64,000 nucleotides of DNA from a virus (taxonomy: Duplodnaviria; Caudoviricetes). Made by a program: the position numbers and the translations under genes. The notes beneath the pieces are model-generated. The model was given only the letters and a program-made list of their open reading frames with translations, ran no database searches and was not told the origin of the DNA. Location of the stretch: the IMG/VR virus record IMGVR_UViG_3300028186_000155; one strand, written 5' to 3'. Every line of letters starts with the position of its first letter. The stretch's first letter is position 1. Shown here piece by piece: positions 45,833 to 56,303 of this stretch.

Positions 45833-46888
45833 ATGGCAGTTTCTGGATTCTACGTTCGTCGCAGCGGTTACACGCATGTTGGCGAACTGATGCTGGCGGT
45901 AATTACCGACCTGACAAACAACGGTTTCACCGCACGTTTCCCTACCCCATGGGTTCCGCCCGTTGACGCGACCGGTCGTGCGAAATTCAAAGTCACCCTT
46001 GAGGCCGGGCCACTGGTTGACCCGCTCAACAAAACCGAACTCGAAAACAAACAACCATGGCGCGTGCAAATCGAAGTTTTCGATAAACACACTTGCGGCA
46101 TTACTGTTGGTTCGCAGCAAGCCCTGCGCGTTGACGGTTCAGCCTCCTACGGCACCGCTGGTTCTGGCTCTTCGAAAACTCTGACCGGCCCCGTGGGTGC
46201 GATTGGTGGTTATTACACCAAAAACAATACCACTCTCGCCACGTTCGCACCGGACGTGACGAAGCCCGATGAAGCGTTTTTGAACCGCACTTCTCGCGTG
46301 GTGATGAATACCACCGATTTGTCGGATTCTTTCCCGATGACCTACAGCCTGTCGATTACCAATCGCGGGATTTCTCTGTGTGTTTGGGAAGACTTCGTTT
46401 CGGATTCGGGCGCCGTCGCAATTTCGTGGTTTGTTGTTCAGCGTCCGGTTAACCGTGACACTGGCGCCACCATCGAAGCCGGTAAGGCCCCGGTGTTCTG
46501 CCTGTATGGTGTGAACAACAAAATCATGCGTTTCGTTGTGCGTGAATCTGACGTGCTGCGTCCGTCTGATCCGGTTAGCGCCACCGCCGATTCGGATTAC
46601 AACAACGCAATTATCAACGGGATGGAACAAGTTTCCATTTCCGAGGGTAACAAATACGTTGTTAACTTCCCGTCGCGCCTCAACACCACGCGTTACGCCT
46701 ACACCTACGAACTCGACATGCTGGGTTATACCAGTGCCGACGTAGTTTCGGAAAACACCGACGTTCCGCTGCGCGTATACGGCGAAGCTGCTGATCGCAA
46801 ATACGTTTCGCTGATGGCAAACGGTGCGAATAACACCGGTATGCGGATCGTAACCATCAAGGAAGGTGGCGGCATTTCGCTGTCGTAA
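45833..46888 (+). CDS. Virion structural protein, paralogue 2
   Basis: Full-length similarity to 44663..45820. Confidence 0.7.
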   Translation: MAVSGFYVRRSGYTHVGELMLAVITDLTNNGFTARFPTPWVPPVDATGRAKFKVTLEAGPLVDPLNKTELENKQPWRVQIEVFDKHTCGITVGSQQALRVDGSASYGTAGSGSSKTLTGPVGAIGGYYTKNNTTLATFAPDVTKPDEAFLNRTSRVVMNTTDLSDSFPMTYSLSITNRGISLCVWEDFVSDSGAVAISWFVVQRPVNRDTGATIEAGKAPVFCLYGVNNKIMRFVVRESDVLRPSDPVSATADSDYNNAIINGMEQVSISEGNKYVVNFPSRLNTTRYAYTYELDMLGYTSADVVSENTDVPLRVYGEAADRKYVSLMANGANNTGMRIVTIKEGGGISLS

Positions 46889-46910
46889 CATGGGGAAATA
46901 AAGCCCCTCG

Positions 46911-46942
46911 AAGGGGACTCTTTGCAGTCCCCTTTTTTATTT
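46911..46942 (+). terminator. Intrinsic terminator
   Basis: AAGGGGACT/AGTCCCCTT plus T-tract. Confidence 0.75.
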
Positions 46943-46957
46943 CGTTTGGAGAACACT

Positions 46958-48025
46958 ATGTCTCTTCTGCAACAAGACGGTTTCGACCACTACGGCACCA
47001 CGGCACTACAGACCCCAACCACCGTGGCGGCAATTGCTCTGACTTCCGGGGGTTTCGTGCAGCCCACGGGCACCTGTTCTTGCGCCACCGGTTATGGCAA
47101 AAACACGGGTTCGCTAGGTGTTGGTTTGACTGCCAGCACCACCGATTTGATTTGGCTGAAAAAACCAATCAAACCTGAATCGTTTTTCGCAACCGGCGCC
47201 GCGTACACTCCGACTATCCGCGTGGTGCATGCATTCGCCGCACGTTTCGTTCTGGCTCCGACCGGCAACCTGCAATTCGCCCGTATTGCTGGGGTAAACG
47301 TTTCGATTGGCTCCGACTGGTACATTTACGTCGATGGCGTGAACACCAACTATCAGTGCGAACTGAATATCTGGAACTTCGTTGAACTGGTGGTGGATAT
47401 CGCCAACAACAAATTCGAACTCTGGATGACCGATGTAAAGGTTTACGAAAAAACCATCACCGGATACACCCTCGATTTTTGGGAAATCCGAGCGCAATAT
47501 ACCTCGGGCGGTACTGCCCATTTGGTTCTGCACGTAGACGACCACCACATGCTCGACGGCGCAGGCCAGTACAACAACGAACGAATCGGAAAATGCGCAA
47601 CAATTACCCGATATCCAACCGCTGATGCAACGGTGCAAATGACCCCGGATACCGGCACCGCAAACTTCAGCCGGGTGAATCAGGCAACCCCTGATGGCGA
47701 TACGTCGTATGTGTCTTCGAACAAATCCGGCGTCACCGACCTTTACACCAACACCACTTCGTTTGAAACGGTGGATGACGCGGCTGTGCGTGCCATCACC
47801 ATTGCACCATCTGCCCGTATGGTTGAACCGGATTCGCTGTCCGTAACTGCCGTGGTTGACGTTGACGGTGTGCAGGCCACTGGCTACCGGATGAAACTGA
47901 AAGCTGCGCAATATACTTCGATGAAACACATTTTCGAAGTCAACCCAAAAACCAATCTGCCTTGGACCCCAACCGAGGCGCAAAACGTGAAATTCGGCCA
48001 ACGCATTCTGCCTAAGCCGACCTGA
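46958..48025 (+). CDS. Virion protein with ConA/LamG-like sandwich
   Basis: ATG 46958 after GGAG; LL..DGFD start, WNFVEL, VDD.h.D, P.T..PWT. Confidence 0.6.
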   Translation: MSLLQQDGFDHYGTTALQTPTTVAAIALTSGGFVQPTGTCSCATGYGKNTGSLGVGLTASTTDLIWLKKPIKPESFFATGAAYTPTIRVVHAFAARFVLAPTGNLQFARIAGVNVSIGSDWYIYVDGVNTNYQCELNIWNFVELVVDIANNKFELWMTDVKVYEKTITGYTLDFWEIRAQYTSGGTAHLVLHVDDHHMLDGAGQYNNERIGKCATITRYPTADATVQMTPDTGTANFSRVNQATPDGDTSYVSSNKSGVTDLYTNTTSFETVDDAAVRAITIAPSARMVEPDSLSVTAVVDVDGVQATGYRMKLKAAQYTSMKHIFEVNPKTNLPWTPTEAQNVKFGQRILPKPT

Positions 48026-48039
48026 TAAGGGGATGGTTT

Positions 48040-49422
48040 ATGGCCGTTATTTTTGCTGACGATTTTCAACAGTGGGGAAATTCCGGCAACATCGGTAGTG
48101 CTAGTGCCGAGCCGTTTTTGGTGCCGGAATTCTCCTCCTATAACGTAATCCAGCCACGATTCCAAGCACTTGGATTTTACCCGGCTGTCGGTATGCGCGG
48201 GACCAACGGTGGTACATGGGCTGTTCCATCAGTGTTTTACTCAACTACCTATGGCGGCCTAGCCATTCACCACAACAAAGGCACTATTGCCCCAATCTAC
48301 AACTTCCCCGGCGCCGTTGGTTTGCGTAAAACCATTCGACCGTCGGGGGATATTTTGTATTTTAGTGCGTGCATTGAATTGGTGGGTGGTACTGTTTATC
48401 AGAATGGCACAATTTTCCAGTTTGGATCAGAAGCTTCACCACTTTCTGCCTTCACCAACACTCAAGCCATGCCCGGATCTTTCCTGTATACCGTGGGCAT
48501 AAATGGTGACGGATTCTACACGTTTAACGGCGTAGCAACCACAGTGCAGGCCTTCTACCGGCCCGCATCGGTGAAAGCTTTTATTGACGTTGTTTTTGGT
48601 CCGGGCTACATGGAATTGTGGATCAATAATGAAATGATTATCCGACAAAATCGGGTAACGTTGCCAGTCACCGAAATCTCCATTGCACCAACCGATGATC
48701 GGGCGGTTTTGCTGATTCTGCGCAGTCTGATGATTTGCGACAATTCCGGTGGATTCGGCCAGCGCATGGGGCGGAAAATTGTACAGACCTTCCCGGTCAC
48801 AACTACAGGTGCGCTCGAATCGACTTTGAACGTAACCGGCACCCCCACTGCTGTACAGACATTGGGTAGGTTTGCCACTGACATAAACACCGAGAAAGAT
48901 ACCACGATGTTCGGCAGTTTGGTTAGTTCTGCGCCCTATGTGAAAAACGAATTTGGGGCCACGCGCCCCTCTTCCACGCTTAAACCATATACGGCGTTCG
49001 TAAATTTGCAGGCCAAGCGGTTGACGCCTGCTGCCGATGGTTTAGGTTTATTGCCATTCGTGACAATTGCCGGAACAAAAGTCTACGGACAAATAACGAT
49101 CCCAACCTCGACGTGGAAACAACTCACGACCGAAGTTCCGATTGCCGCTGCGCAGACTTTCACCGCCGTAACTTTTGGCTACGAACATGACTACAAAGAT
49201 CAGAATAAAATCTGGATCGATGATCGTGCGAAGGTCGATGTTTATGGGGATGCGGCGTCCGGTTCGTTTGTGCCGCCCGGTTTCCTCGGCAATCCGATTA
49301 TTGCAGCCCCACTGCCAATGGAAACTGCAACACTCGGCGCCTACGTTTTCGACTACGCAGTTTCGACCCTGACACAAACAAAAACTGATGTGACTAACTT
49401 GTCGTATCAGCAGGATCAATAG
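48040..49422 (+). CDS. Virion protein, distant relative of previous gene
   Basis: IFADDF start, ELWIN, L.ICD.SG....R.G parallel to 46958..48025. Confidence 0.55.
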   Translation: MAVIFADDFQQWGNSGNIGSASAEPFLVPEFSSYNVIQPRFQALGFYPAVGMRGTNGGTWAVPSVFYSTTYGGLAIHHNKGTIAPIYNFPGAVGLRKTIRPSGDILYFSACIELVGGTVYQNGTIFQFGSEASPLSAFTNTQAMPGSFLYTVGINGDGFYTFNGVATTVQAFYRPASVKAFIDVVFGPGYMELWINNEMIIRQNRVTLPVTEISIAPTDDRAVLLILRSLMICDNSGGFGQRMGRKIVQTFPVTTTGALESTLNVTGTPTAVQTLGRFATDINTEKDTTMFGSLVSSAPYVKNEFGATRPSSTLKPYTAFVNLQAKRLTPAADGLGLLPFVTIAGTKVYGQITIPTSTWKQLTTEVPIAAAQTFTAVTFGYEHDYKDQNKIWIDDRAKVDVYGDAASGSFVPPGFLGNPIIAAPLPMETATLGAYVFDYAVSTLTQTKTDVTNLSYQQDQ

Positions 49423-49430
49423 GAATTTCT

Positions 49431-50819
49431 ATGGCCTTCGTGACAATTGATAACCCCGGTGGGATTATGCACCACGGCGGGCAGATGGCATGGACCACGA
49501 TTAGCGATACCCGTATCGCCATGGTCACAATTACCGCCGATTTCAAAGCACTGATTCAGGAAATCAATCAGGTAAATGGGGCGCCTGTTGTGGGCGTTCC
49601 CTCGTTTATTGCGCAGCTTGGAACGTCTGGTTTGAATGCAGGCTATCCGTTCCGGCCAAAAATTCGATCCATGGGAAATGATCGGGTGTTCGTTATGGTT
49701 CCCGCGTCGTGGGATTTAATACCCACGACGGAACGCGCACGCGGATGGGGATGCAGCCTATCAGCCGCAGCTAGTGAGCGCGCCGTTATTCGTATGCCGA
49801 ACCTGTACAGCTGTTACGTGATGGAGCGAAACGGTAGCGGACAATATACGGTCAAATCAAGTGCACAAATCAATACAACACCTAGCGGATTTACCGAAAC
49901 TATTTCGGTACATTATGCCCTAACAATTGCCGAAGCTTCTGGCACACAAGTTGTTGTAAAAAGAGCGTGCAGCAGACCTAACCAGACCTACTACGGCCTA
50001 GCTGGGTACACCATCACAATTCCCGTTACTGACGGGGTATTGGGTACACCAGTCGGTACAATGGACGGCCCCAGCCTAATTAACTACAACGCCAGTTACG
50101 CGAACAACATGCAGATTTTTGAATATAAAAATGTTCGAGATTTGCAAGGACGGCCCGTAGAAATTCGGGCAGTGATTCCCACATCCTCTTCGTCATTCGA
50201 AATGACCAACACCAAAATGGTTTGGCGTCCGCCAATCACAACTGGCGTTGGTGAGGCTTGCCATCTGATTGCTGGTGGTGTTTATGCAGGTTCTTATTCG
50301 TACCGTTCAGCCCCAGCGTTGGCCTATGTTCAGCCAAATTCCTTAGTTCCTCTTTCGGCTGATGCTCAGGGCGATTATTACGCTTGCGGAGGGTCAACCA
50401 CAACAGCATCTTGTGTGTACAATGCAAATCAAATTTCAACGGGTGATATATTGATCAATCCGCTGGATACAGGGTTTGTGCACAGTTCGGGTGTCGTGTG
50501 TGTTGTAGGTGGTAAAAATACCATCAGCGTACCTTACACCGTATTTGAAAACGACGTGGCCATGCACGTTTGGCAGGCGTATGCGGAAACGGTTACGGAC
50601 ACTGTACTGCCTTTGCAATTGTCATTCCGCCTGCCTGTAGGTCAGGGTCAATATAGTGGCCCGTTCGATCCAATCAAAACACCGTACTATTATAAAGAAC
50701 GGATGAATAACAATCGAATTCTGCATAAAGTTGACGATTCGCATTTCTGGCTGATTGGCTGCTTCATGGCCGACGCTAACTCGGCGCCTAAACTCGGTGT
50801 TATTTCTGTGAGCGTGTAA
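49431..50819 (+). CDS. Putative tail-associated beta-rich protein
   Basis: 462-aa ORF, SD AGGA. Confidence 0.55.
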   Translation: MAFVTIDNPGGIMHHGGQMAWTTISDTRIAMVTITADFKALIQEINQVNGAPVVGVPSFIAQLGTSGLNAGYPFRPKIRSMGNDRVFVMVPASWDLIPTTERARGWGCSLSAAASERAVIRMPNLYSCYVMERNGSGQYTVKSSAQINTTPSGFTETISVHYALTIAEASGTQVVVKRACSRPNQTYYGLAGYTITIPVTDGVLGTPVGTMDGPSLINYNASYANNMQIFEYKNVRDLQGRPVEIRAVIPTSSSSFEMTNTKMVWRPPITTGVGEACHLIAGGVYAGSYSYRSAPALAYVQPNSLVPLSADAQGDYYACGGSTTTASCVYNANQISTGDILINPLDTGFVHSSGVVCVVGGKNTISVPYTVFENDVAMHVWQAYAETVTDTVLPLQLSFRLPVGQGQYSGPFDPIKTPYYYKERMNNNRILHKVDDSHFWLIGCFMADANSAPKLGVISVSV

Positions 50820-50820
50820 A

Positions 50821-52719
50821 ATGGCCCTACTGAAAAGTAATGCGCTGCCAAACTCAATTGTGGCGCACGGATTAAATCACCTGCTGGCCTATCAGTCGGG
50901 TGAGGTGAAACGCTATCGGAAAGAAGCTGACAATTCGTTGCTGCTGCGCCAGACATACCTGCTGGCCGATGTGAAACGTCTGGCAATTTCCGAAGATGGC
51001 TTGTGCATGGCGGCGCAAACCGCAACACAAACGCACCGTCTGCACATGCCTACCGACGATCCGTTGGCGACGACGGGTGCCATGGCTATTTCCGATTCGA
51101 ATTTCCTGATTGTTTTGCAGCCAACGGCTGTGCAGGTAATTCGCGAAACTACTGTGCTTTTGACGGCGACCACCACCGTTGCCGATAAAGTTTGTTGCGG
51201 CCTGAATTCATTCGTTGTCTACAACAGCGCACGCACCTTGACCGGCACCTATACCGGTTTTGTTTTGACCAACACCGCGCAAGCAAAAACCCTGATGCAT
51301 GTGGCCCATACGGGTTCGGATAAATTCGCGTTTTTCTACAGCGACGGCTCCGTTACGCTTTCTGGCACCACGCGCACCGCGAAAGTTTTGCGCAATCACC
51401 GGCACATTGGTCAACACGTGGTGGCGAATGACGGCACCGACGAATGGACGTATATGCGGAAATTTCCGCTAACTGCGCCAGTTAAATTGCGTCCCTATGT
51501 GGAACCACCAGCCCCAGCTGATTTTTTCACCACAGATACAGGTGGCGCACCGCTCACTTACACAATTCAGAAAACTGCTGGTGCAAGTGTTGACGAACCT
51601 GCGCAAATAGGTACGGCCTCTTACACTTTGCAACATGGAAATCAGGATTCCATAACAATTCTTTTGGACCAACCAATAAACTTGGCTGCGACCGATTGGA
51701 CGTTGGAATGGACAACACTTAATCAGTCAGCAGCGGATGGTTCGTATTACGCAGAAATTGCGATGCTTCCCGCTGCTGGAAATTTGGGTGTTGTTGCGCG
51801 TTACGGCGATGGGGGCTACGGCAACCGCCTACAGTTTGGCGGCTTAATGAGCGCACAAACCAACGTATGGAACGCAAACTACACGAAAGCTACGTTGAAC
51901 GGCGTTCTGCGAAAATGCGTAATGGTAAAACAGGGCACAACTGTTTCGGTGTACATTAACGACGTTCGTCAAAACCTAGCAATCGGCACCACGTCCACTT
52001 ACGACCAAACCACATTCACCATTGACACCGATATAACGGCCATCAAACGGATCGTTCTCGGTGCAACGCCTTCTGGCGGAGGCACAATTGGTGCGATTCG
52101 CGGCCCGGTTAAATTGAGCCTTTCTGCAAAACGACCAACACCAGAACCATTCTCGCTATTTAAATCTGATGGTTCTCTGGCAACCGGCGTAACCAACAGT
52201 GGAGCAACTGTTGCGCCAAATCTGATTACATTCTCAGGTACTTCGTATTTGTCTATGCCCGGTTCGGATGCACTCGTTCCGCGTACAGATGATTTCGAAA
52301 TTGACTACGAAGTTTTGTACACTTCGATGCCTGCTGCGGTTTCTGGTACGTCACTACAGCCTGTGATGTACTGGGGTAACTGGGCAACACCCGGCCAGCC
52401 TGTGAATATGGATATGTACTACATCAACACAGCGCCTGCCCGACACGGTTTCCTAACGTCTCACGATACCTCACAATTCCTGACACACAACGTGCAAATG
52501 AGTGTTGGCCAATGGTACGCATTTAAATGGGCACGTAAAAGCGGAGTGCTGAAATTCTACATCGACGGGACCGAAGTAGCCTCGCAAGATTTCCCGTATG
52601 ACATTACCTATAAATCAACACAGCCTTTGGTGTTTGGCCGCCGCCGTGGCGGAACCTCTGGTACGGTTTATTGGTATGCTCAGATGCAGCTGCGGAAATT
52701 TACAATCAAAATCGGGTGA
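50821..52719 (+). CDS. Tail fibre-like protein with two LamG/ConA-like domains
   Basis: DWTLEW...VKQGTTVSVYIND and DFEIDY...GQWY.F...RKSG.LKFYIDG. Confidence 0.7.
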   Translation: MALLKSNALPNSIVAHGLNHLLAYQSGEVKRYRKEADNSLLLRQTYLLADVKRLAISEDGLCMAAQTATQTHRLHMPTDDPLATTGAMAISDSNFLIVLQPTAVQVIRETTVLLTATTTVADKVCCGLNSFVVYNSARTLTGTYTGFVLTNTAQAKTLMHVAHTGSDKFAFFYSDGSVTLSGTTRTAKVLRNHRHIGQHVVANDGTDEWTYMRKFPLTAPVKLRPYVEPPAPADFFTTDTGGAPLTYTIQKTAGASVDEPAQIGTASYTLQHGNQDSITILLDQPINLAATDWTLEWTTLNQSAADGSYYAEIAMLPAAGNLGVVARYGDGGYGNRLQFGGLMSAQTNVWNANYTKATLNGVLRKCVMVKQGTTVSVYINDVRQNLAIGTTSTYDQTTFTIDTDITAIKRIVLGATPSGGGTIGAIRGPVKLSLSAKRPTPEPFSLFKSDGSLATGVTNSGATVAPNLITFSGTSYLSMPGSDALVPRTDDFEIDYEVLYTSMPAAVSGTSLQPVMYWGNWATPGQPVNMDMYYINTAPARHGFLTSHDTSQFLTHNVQMSVGQWYAFKWARKSGVLKFYIDGTEVASQDFPYDITYKSTQPLVFGRRRGGTSGTVYWYAQMQLRKFTIKIG

Positions 52720-52735
52720 ATAAAAGGAAGTATTT

Positions 52736-53503
52736 ATGTTGGGGCGGCTTGTTCTAGCGACATTAATTTATTGGTATAGCGCAGTTATCGGGGCCACTGA
52801 ACTGTACGTGCAATCGAAAGCGATTTCGGATCTGTACGGCACGGTTTTTCTGGAAAAACTCGATGCAAAAAACGTGGTGTTTCTTGAGCGGCAAGCAAAA
52901 CCTAAAGAGGTTGAGCATGCCGTGCACGAATATGCAGCGGCGCACAAGTTCGATCACATCACAGTAATTGGCCAGCGCCAGAATCTCGAAGGCACCTACC
53001 TACCGGTGTTGACGCAATTCGAAGTGCCGCCGATTTTAAATGGAATGCCAGTCTATCTTCTCCAAGGAAAAAGTCGCCTTGAGCAAGACCGCAAAAAGCT
53101 TTTCGAGCACCTGAAGCCCGAAGAGTTTTTGGTCACAAATGACTACGATCTGCGCAAGGCCCTTGTGGCCCTGCGTTCTAAAAATCCGGGCTTCGTGGTG
53201 ATCAATGTTTTCTCGATCCTCGATGCGTGGAATGATAAAAGATCGTACAAAATGATTGAAGAAACTGTCATTGCACATCACAACCGCCACGTAGAAGTCG
53301 GGGTTTGTTATCCCGGTTTCAAAACGGCGTTAGCGGTCGGCCCAACCACCGATCCGCTGGATGTGCAGACAGTCATCGCTCAAGGGAAATCTGCGAGCGT
53401 TTGTGCAAATCTCGACCGTCTGCGTTTGCTAGATAGACTGGATCTTTATACGCAGTCGGCAGGGAAATTCTACCGTGTTAAATCTCGGACGGAACACGAT
53501 TAG
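52736..53503 (+). CDS. Putative exported protein
   Basis: Signal-peptide-like MLGRLVLATLIYWYSAVIGA; SD AAGGA. Confidence 0.55.
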   Translation: MLGRLVLATLIYWYSAVIGATELYVQSKAISDLYGTVFLEKLDAKNVVFLERQAKPKEVEHAVHEYAAAHKFDHITVIGQRQNLEGTYLPVLTQFEVPPILNGMPVYLLQGKSRLEQDRKKLFEHLKPEEFLVTNDYDLRKALVALRSKNPGFVVINVFSILDAWNDKRSYKMIEETVIAHHNRHVEVGVCYPGFKTALAVGPTTDPLDVQTVIAQGKSASVCANLDRLRLLDRLDLYTQSAGKFYRVKSRTEHD

Positions 53504-53759
53504 CAAGGCGCTGATTCTGGCCATTGGTGGGGTTCTGGTTTGGGCGGCATTGTCGTTCGGCTGGGACCGCATCGAACAACCTACGGTTAGAGAATCGTAT
53601 GAATGCGTCGCGAAAATCTGTAACGATTTGCCGGGTGCCGGTGAAGCGTGCACAGTTCAAAAACCAAAAATAACTAAAATAACAATCAGCGACTACGAAG
53701 GAGCTGTGACAGTACGATTTACCCCAACCACAGATAGGTGCGCCGATGGGAGCGATTGA
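53475..53759 (+). CDS. Single-TM protein with four periplasmic Cys (start uncertain)
   Basis: ALILAIGGVLVWAALSFGW; C...IC.......C...C. Confidence 0.55.
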   Translation: MLNLGRNTISKALILAIGGVLVWAALSFGWDRIEQPTVRESYECVAKICNDLPGAGEACTVQKPKITKITISDYEGAVTVRFTPTTDRCADGSD

Positions 53760-54228
53760 CGTTCTTTACTCCAGTCCGATCCCGGTTAGCTTGGCGATTG
53801 GATTCAACCTGATATTACTGTGTGTCGGATGGTTCTACGTGCTGCCCTTGCAAGAGGAAGTGAAATCGCTACGAAAGCGAGCGGAGAATTTCGACAACAG
53901 CTACCTTCAAAGTGTTGACGCAATTAAGAAAATGCAAGACGTTCTGGACGAAATTCATGATGCTGTTCGGCATCCTGATACGCAGGCCTTAACGTCTCTG
54001 GCGGTTGTATGCGATTCGATCATGACGCAGATGAACGATATTCGTAACAATTTAGGTAAGGAAGACCCGAGGGATCGTGCCGAGCTACTGAACTTGCTTG
54101 AGTCTGTTGAACGTAATTCGGAACGTATTCTGCGCACAGTTTCTGACGTAAGCGATAAACAAAGTCAAGTTACAGGCTTAATGCTTGGATTAGGCATGCA
54201 GCGTGGCAACCCACCACGCGGCGTTTGA
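53746..54228 (+). CDS. Single-TM coiled-coil protein
   Basis: LAIGFNLILLCVGWFYVL followed by heptad pattern. Confidence 0.65.
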   Translation: MGAIDVLYSSPIPVSLAIGFNLILLCVGWFYVLPLQEEVKSLRKRAENFDNSYLQSVDAIKKMQDVLDEIHDAVRHPDTQALTSLAVVCDSIMTQMNDIRNNLGKEDPRDRAELLNLLESVERNSERILRTVSDVSDKQSQVTGLMLGLGMQRGNPPRGV

Positions 54229-54235
54229 GGCTCAT

Positions 54236-55018
54236 ATGGCACCCTTCATACCCAACAACATTCGTTTTCGTTCCGTGGCCGCATATTCCCTTGAGCATTT
54301 TTACGCTGCAAAGTCGTACATGCTCAACGTGGTCATTAACGAGCAAAACCAGTTCAGCGAAGTGGCAAAGGAAACTCTGCTTCTGCTGTTCAATTCCTAC
54401 AGCAAATGGGCCACCGATGTAGAGGCCATTTTGCTGAATCGTCCGACGCTGACCCGTAAGGAAATCGACCTCACGTTAGACGCCGAGCAAGCAATTCAAT
54501 TACGCCACCGGGTAATTTTCGAACAGCATACGGACCTGTTTAATCCGAAGTTTGTCGAAGTCTGGTGGCAGGTGAATGCTCACACAAGAAAAGCGTTTCA
54601 TACGCTGATCAGAAGTGTTGAGGGGCAATCGCACCTTGAGGCCTACCCGATCATCATGTCGGCGCTAGGCTCCACCCTGCAAAACTGCATGTACGAACTT
54701 TACGAAATCGATTGTTTATTCGGTTCTGATTTCGTGGAAGATCGGTGCAGCACCAACCGCTCCAACACCAACCGCATGGTTTTGTACGTGGACAATTACG
54801 CCCTTGATTACTTTTACAAAACGGGCGTGTTCATGTGTGAAGAAAGGATTCGATACTACAACACCATTGCATGCCGCCGTCTGCCTACCCTAGTGAAAAA
54901 CCATTCCACCTGTAACCTCAGTTACTCCGGTGTAATCGAAGGGGATGAACCGCTGGCCACCCTTTTGAAAAAATGCGCGGAATACGTCGATATCATCGAT
55001 GTGGAAACGCAGCACTAA
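54236..55018 (+). CDS. Hypothetical helical protein
   Basis: ATG 54236 after GAGG. Confidence 0.65.
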   Translation: MAPFIPNNIRFRSVAAYSLEHFYAAKSYMLNVVINEQNQFSEVAKETLLLLFNSYSKWATDVEAILLNRPTLTRKEIDLTLDAEQAIQLRHRVIFEQHTDLFNPKFVEVWWQVNAHTRKAFHTLIRSVEGQSHLEAYPIIMSALGSTLQNCMYELYEIDCLFGSDFVEDRCSTNRSNTNRMVLYVDNYALDYFYKTGVFMCEERIRYYNTIACRRLPTLVKNHSTCNLSYSGVIEGDEPLATLLKKCAEYVDIIDVETQH

Positions 55019-55045
55019 CCAGCAAACACACAGAGGCACTAAAAC

Positions 55046-56068
55046 ATGGCACAAATCAATGGTAACTTGAGCGTCGTTGGCGAAGTCCTCGGCCTCAAAC
55101 TGGAAAAACTGGCGGCTGACCCTACCGGCGGCGGTCTGGTTGAATCTCGCGTTTGGTACAACACTGTCACCAAAGCCCTGAAACTCTACAACGGCACCGA
55201 AGCCGTTTCGATTGGCGGCGGCCTGACTCAGGAAGAATTGGAAACTGCGCTGGTTCCTTACGCGCAAACTTCCGATGTGAACACCGCCATTTCCAACGCT
55301 GTGCAGGATCTGGTTTCCGGCACCGAAATGCAGGGCGCAATCGACAACGCGCTGGCTGGCCTCGATTTCCAAGAAGACGTATTGGGTCTGGAAAGCGATT
55401 TCACCAACGTTGCCGGTCGCTACATCTACGTTGACGGCACCACTTTCGCAACCGGCGTTGCTGCCGCTGCTGGTGATATCGTGGTCGTGGACGCAGCCGG
55501 TGTGATTACCGCAAATGCCTACGACGTTTCCGACGCTGGTCCGGGCGCTCTGGTATGGAACCGCGAAACTGTCAACTTCTTCCGCTGGAACGGCACCAAC
55601 TGGGCTGAATTCGGCGGTCTGGTAGGCTTCACCGCTGGTGACGGTCTGGAAAAAGTTGGCGATGTTGTTTCGGTAAAAGCATCGAACGCTTCCATCGTTG
55701 TTGCTGCCGGTGGTATTTCGGTTGGCGACCTGTCGGCCACCTACGTGACCCCGGCTGCGCTGGCCACCGCCACCGAGAATTTCATCACTGAAACCGATAT
55801 CGAGCCGGTTGCTGCCGTCGTAAACAATCTGCAAATTCAGGTTGGTGGTTCGTACTACACCAGCACCACCGTAGCAGCTGCTGTCGAGCACACTTTCACC
55901 CACGCTATCGGCGTCCGCTGGCCGCTGGTGCAAGTGGTGGACAAGGCAACCAACAAAGTAATCATCCCTGACGAAATCGAATTCACTTCGACTACTCAGT
56001 TCGTGGTTCGCCTCGGCACCGCCATCGACGTGATCGTGACTGCATACGCGCTGCAACCCGCTGCCTAA
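55046..56068 (+). CDS. Abundant virion fibre/decoration protein
   Basis: LAADP....RVWYNT...LK.YNG, FRWNGT.W, TAGDGL, TH.IG...P.VQV.D motifs; biased codons; own terminator. Confidence 0.65.
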   Translation: MAQINGNLSVVGEVLGLKLEKLAADPTGGGLVESRVWYNTVTKALKLYNGTEAVSIGGGLTQEELETALVPYAQTSDVNTAISNAVQDLVSGTEMQGAIDNALAGLDFQEDVLGLESDFTNVAGRYIYVDGTTFATGVAAAAGDIVVVDAAGVITANAYDVSDAGPGALVWNRETVNFFRWNGTNWAEFGGLVGFTAGDGLEKVGDVVSVKASNASIVVAAGGISVGDLSATYVTPAALATATENFITETDIEPVAAVVNNLQIQVGGSYYTSTTVAAAVEHTFTHAIGVRWPLVQVVDKATNKVIIPDEIEFTSTTQFVVRLGTAIDVIVTAYALQPAA

Positions 56069-56084
56069 TCCGTAGCGTCTAGGG

Positions 56085-56111
56085 AAGGGGCTTCGGCCCC
56101 TTTTCTTTTTT
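56085..56111 (+). terminator. cUUCGg intrinsic terminator
   Basis: AAGGGGC-TTCG-GCCCCTT-TTCTTTTTT. Confidence 0.9.
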
Positions 56112-56130
56112 CAAAATCGGGGGAGATTTT

Positions 56131-56301
56131 ATGATTGTTTGGATTGACGCAAAACCTACGAAAAACGGCACCACCAAACGCCGTATGAAACGCCTTACCA
56201 AAGGAAAAATTCTGAATCGCCAAGATACTATTGACGACGAAGGTCTGACCGCTGGCCAAGGTCGTGGGCCGGAAACTCCATTCCATAAGCAGGGCCTGTG
56301 A
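56131..56301 (+). CDS. Small basic protein (56 aa, not in ORF track)
   Basis: SD GGGAG; MIVWIDAKPTKNGTTKRRMKRL... Confidence 0.6.
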   Translation: MIVWIDAKPTKNGTTKRRMKRLTKGKILNRQDTIDDEGLTAGQGRGPETPFHKQGL

Positions 56302-56303
56302 CA

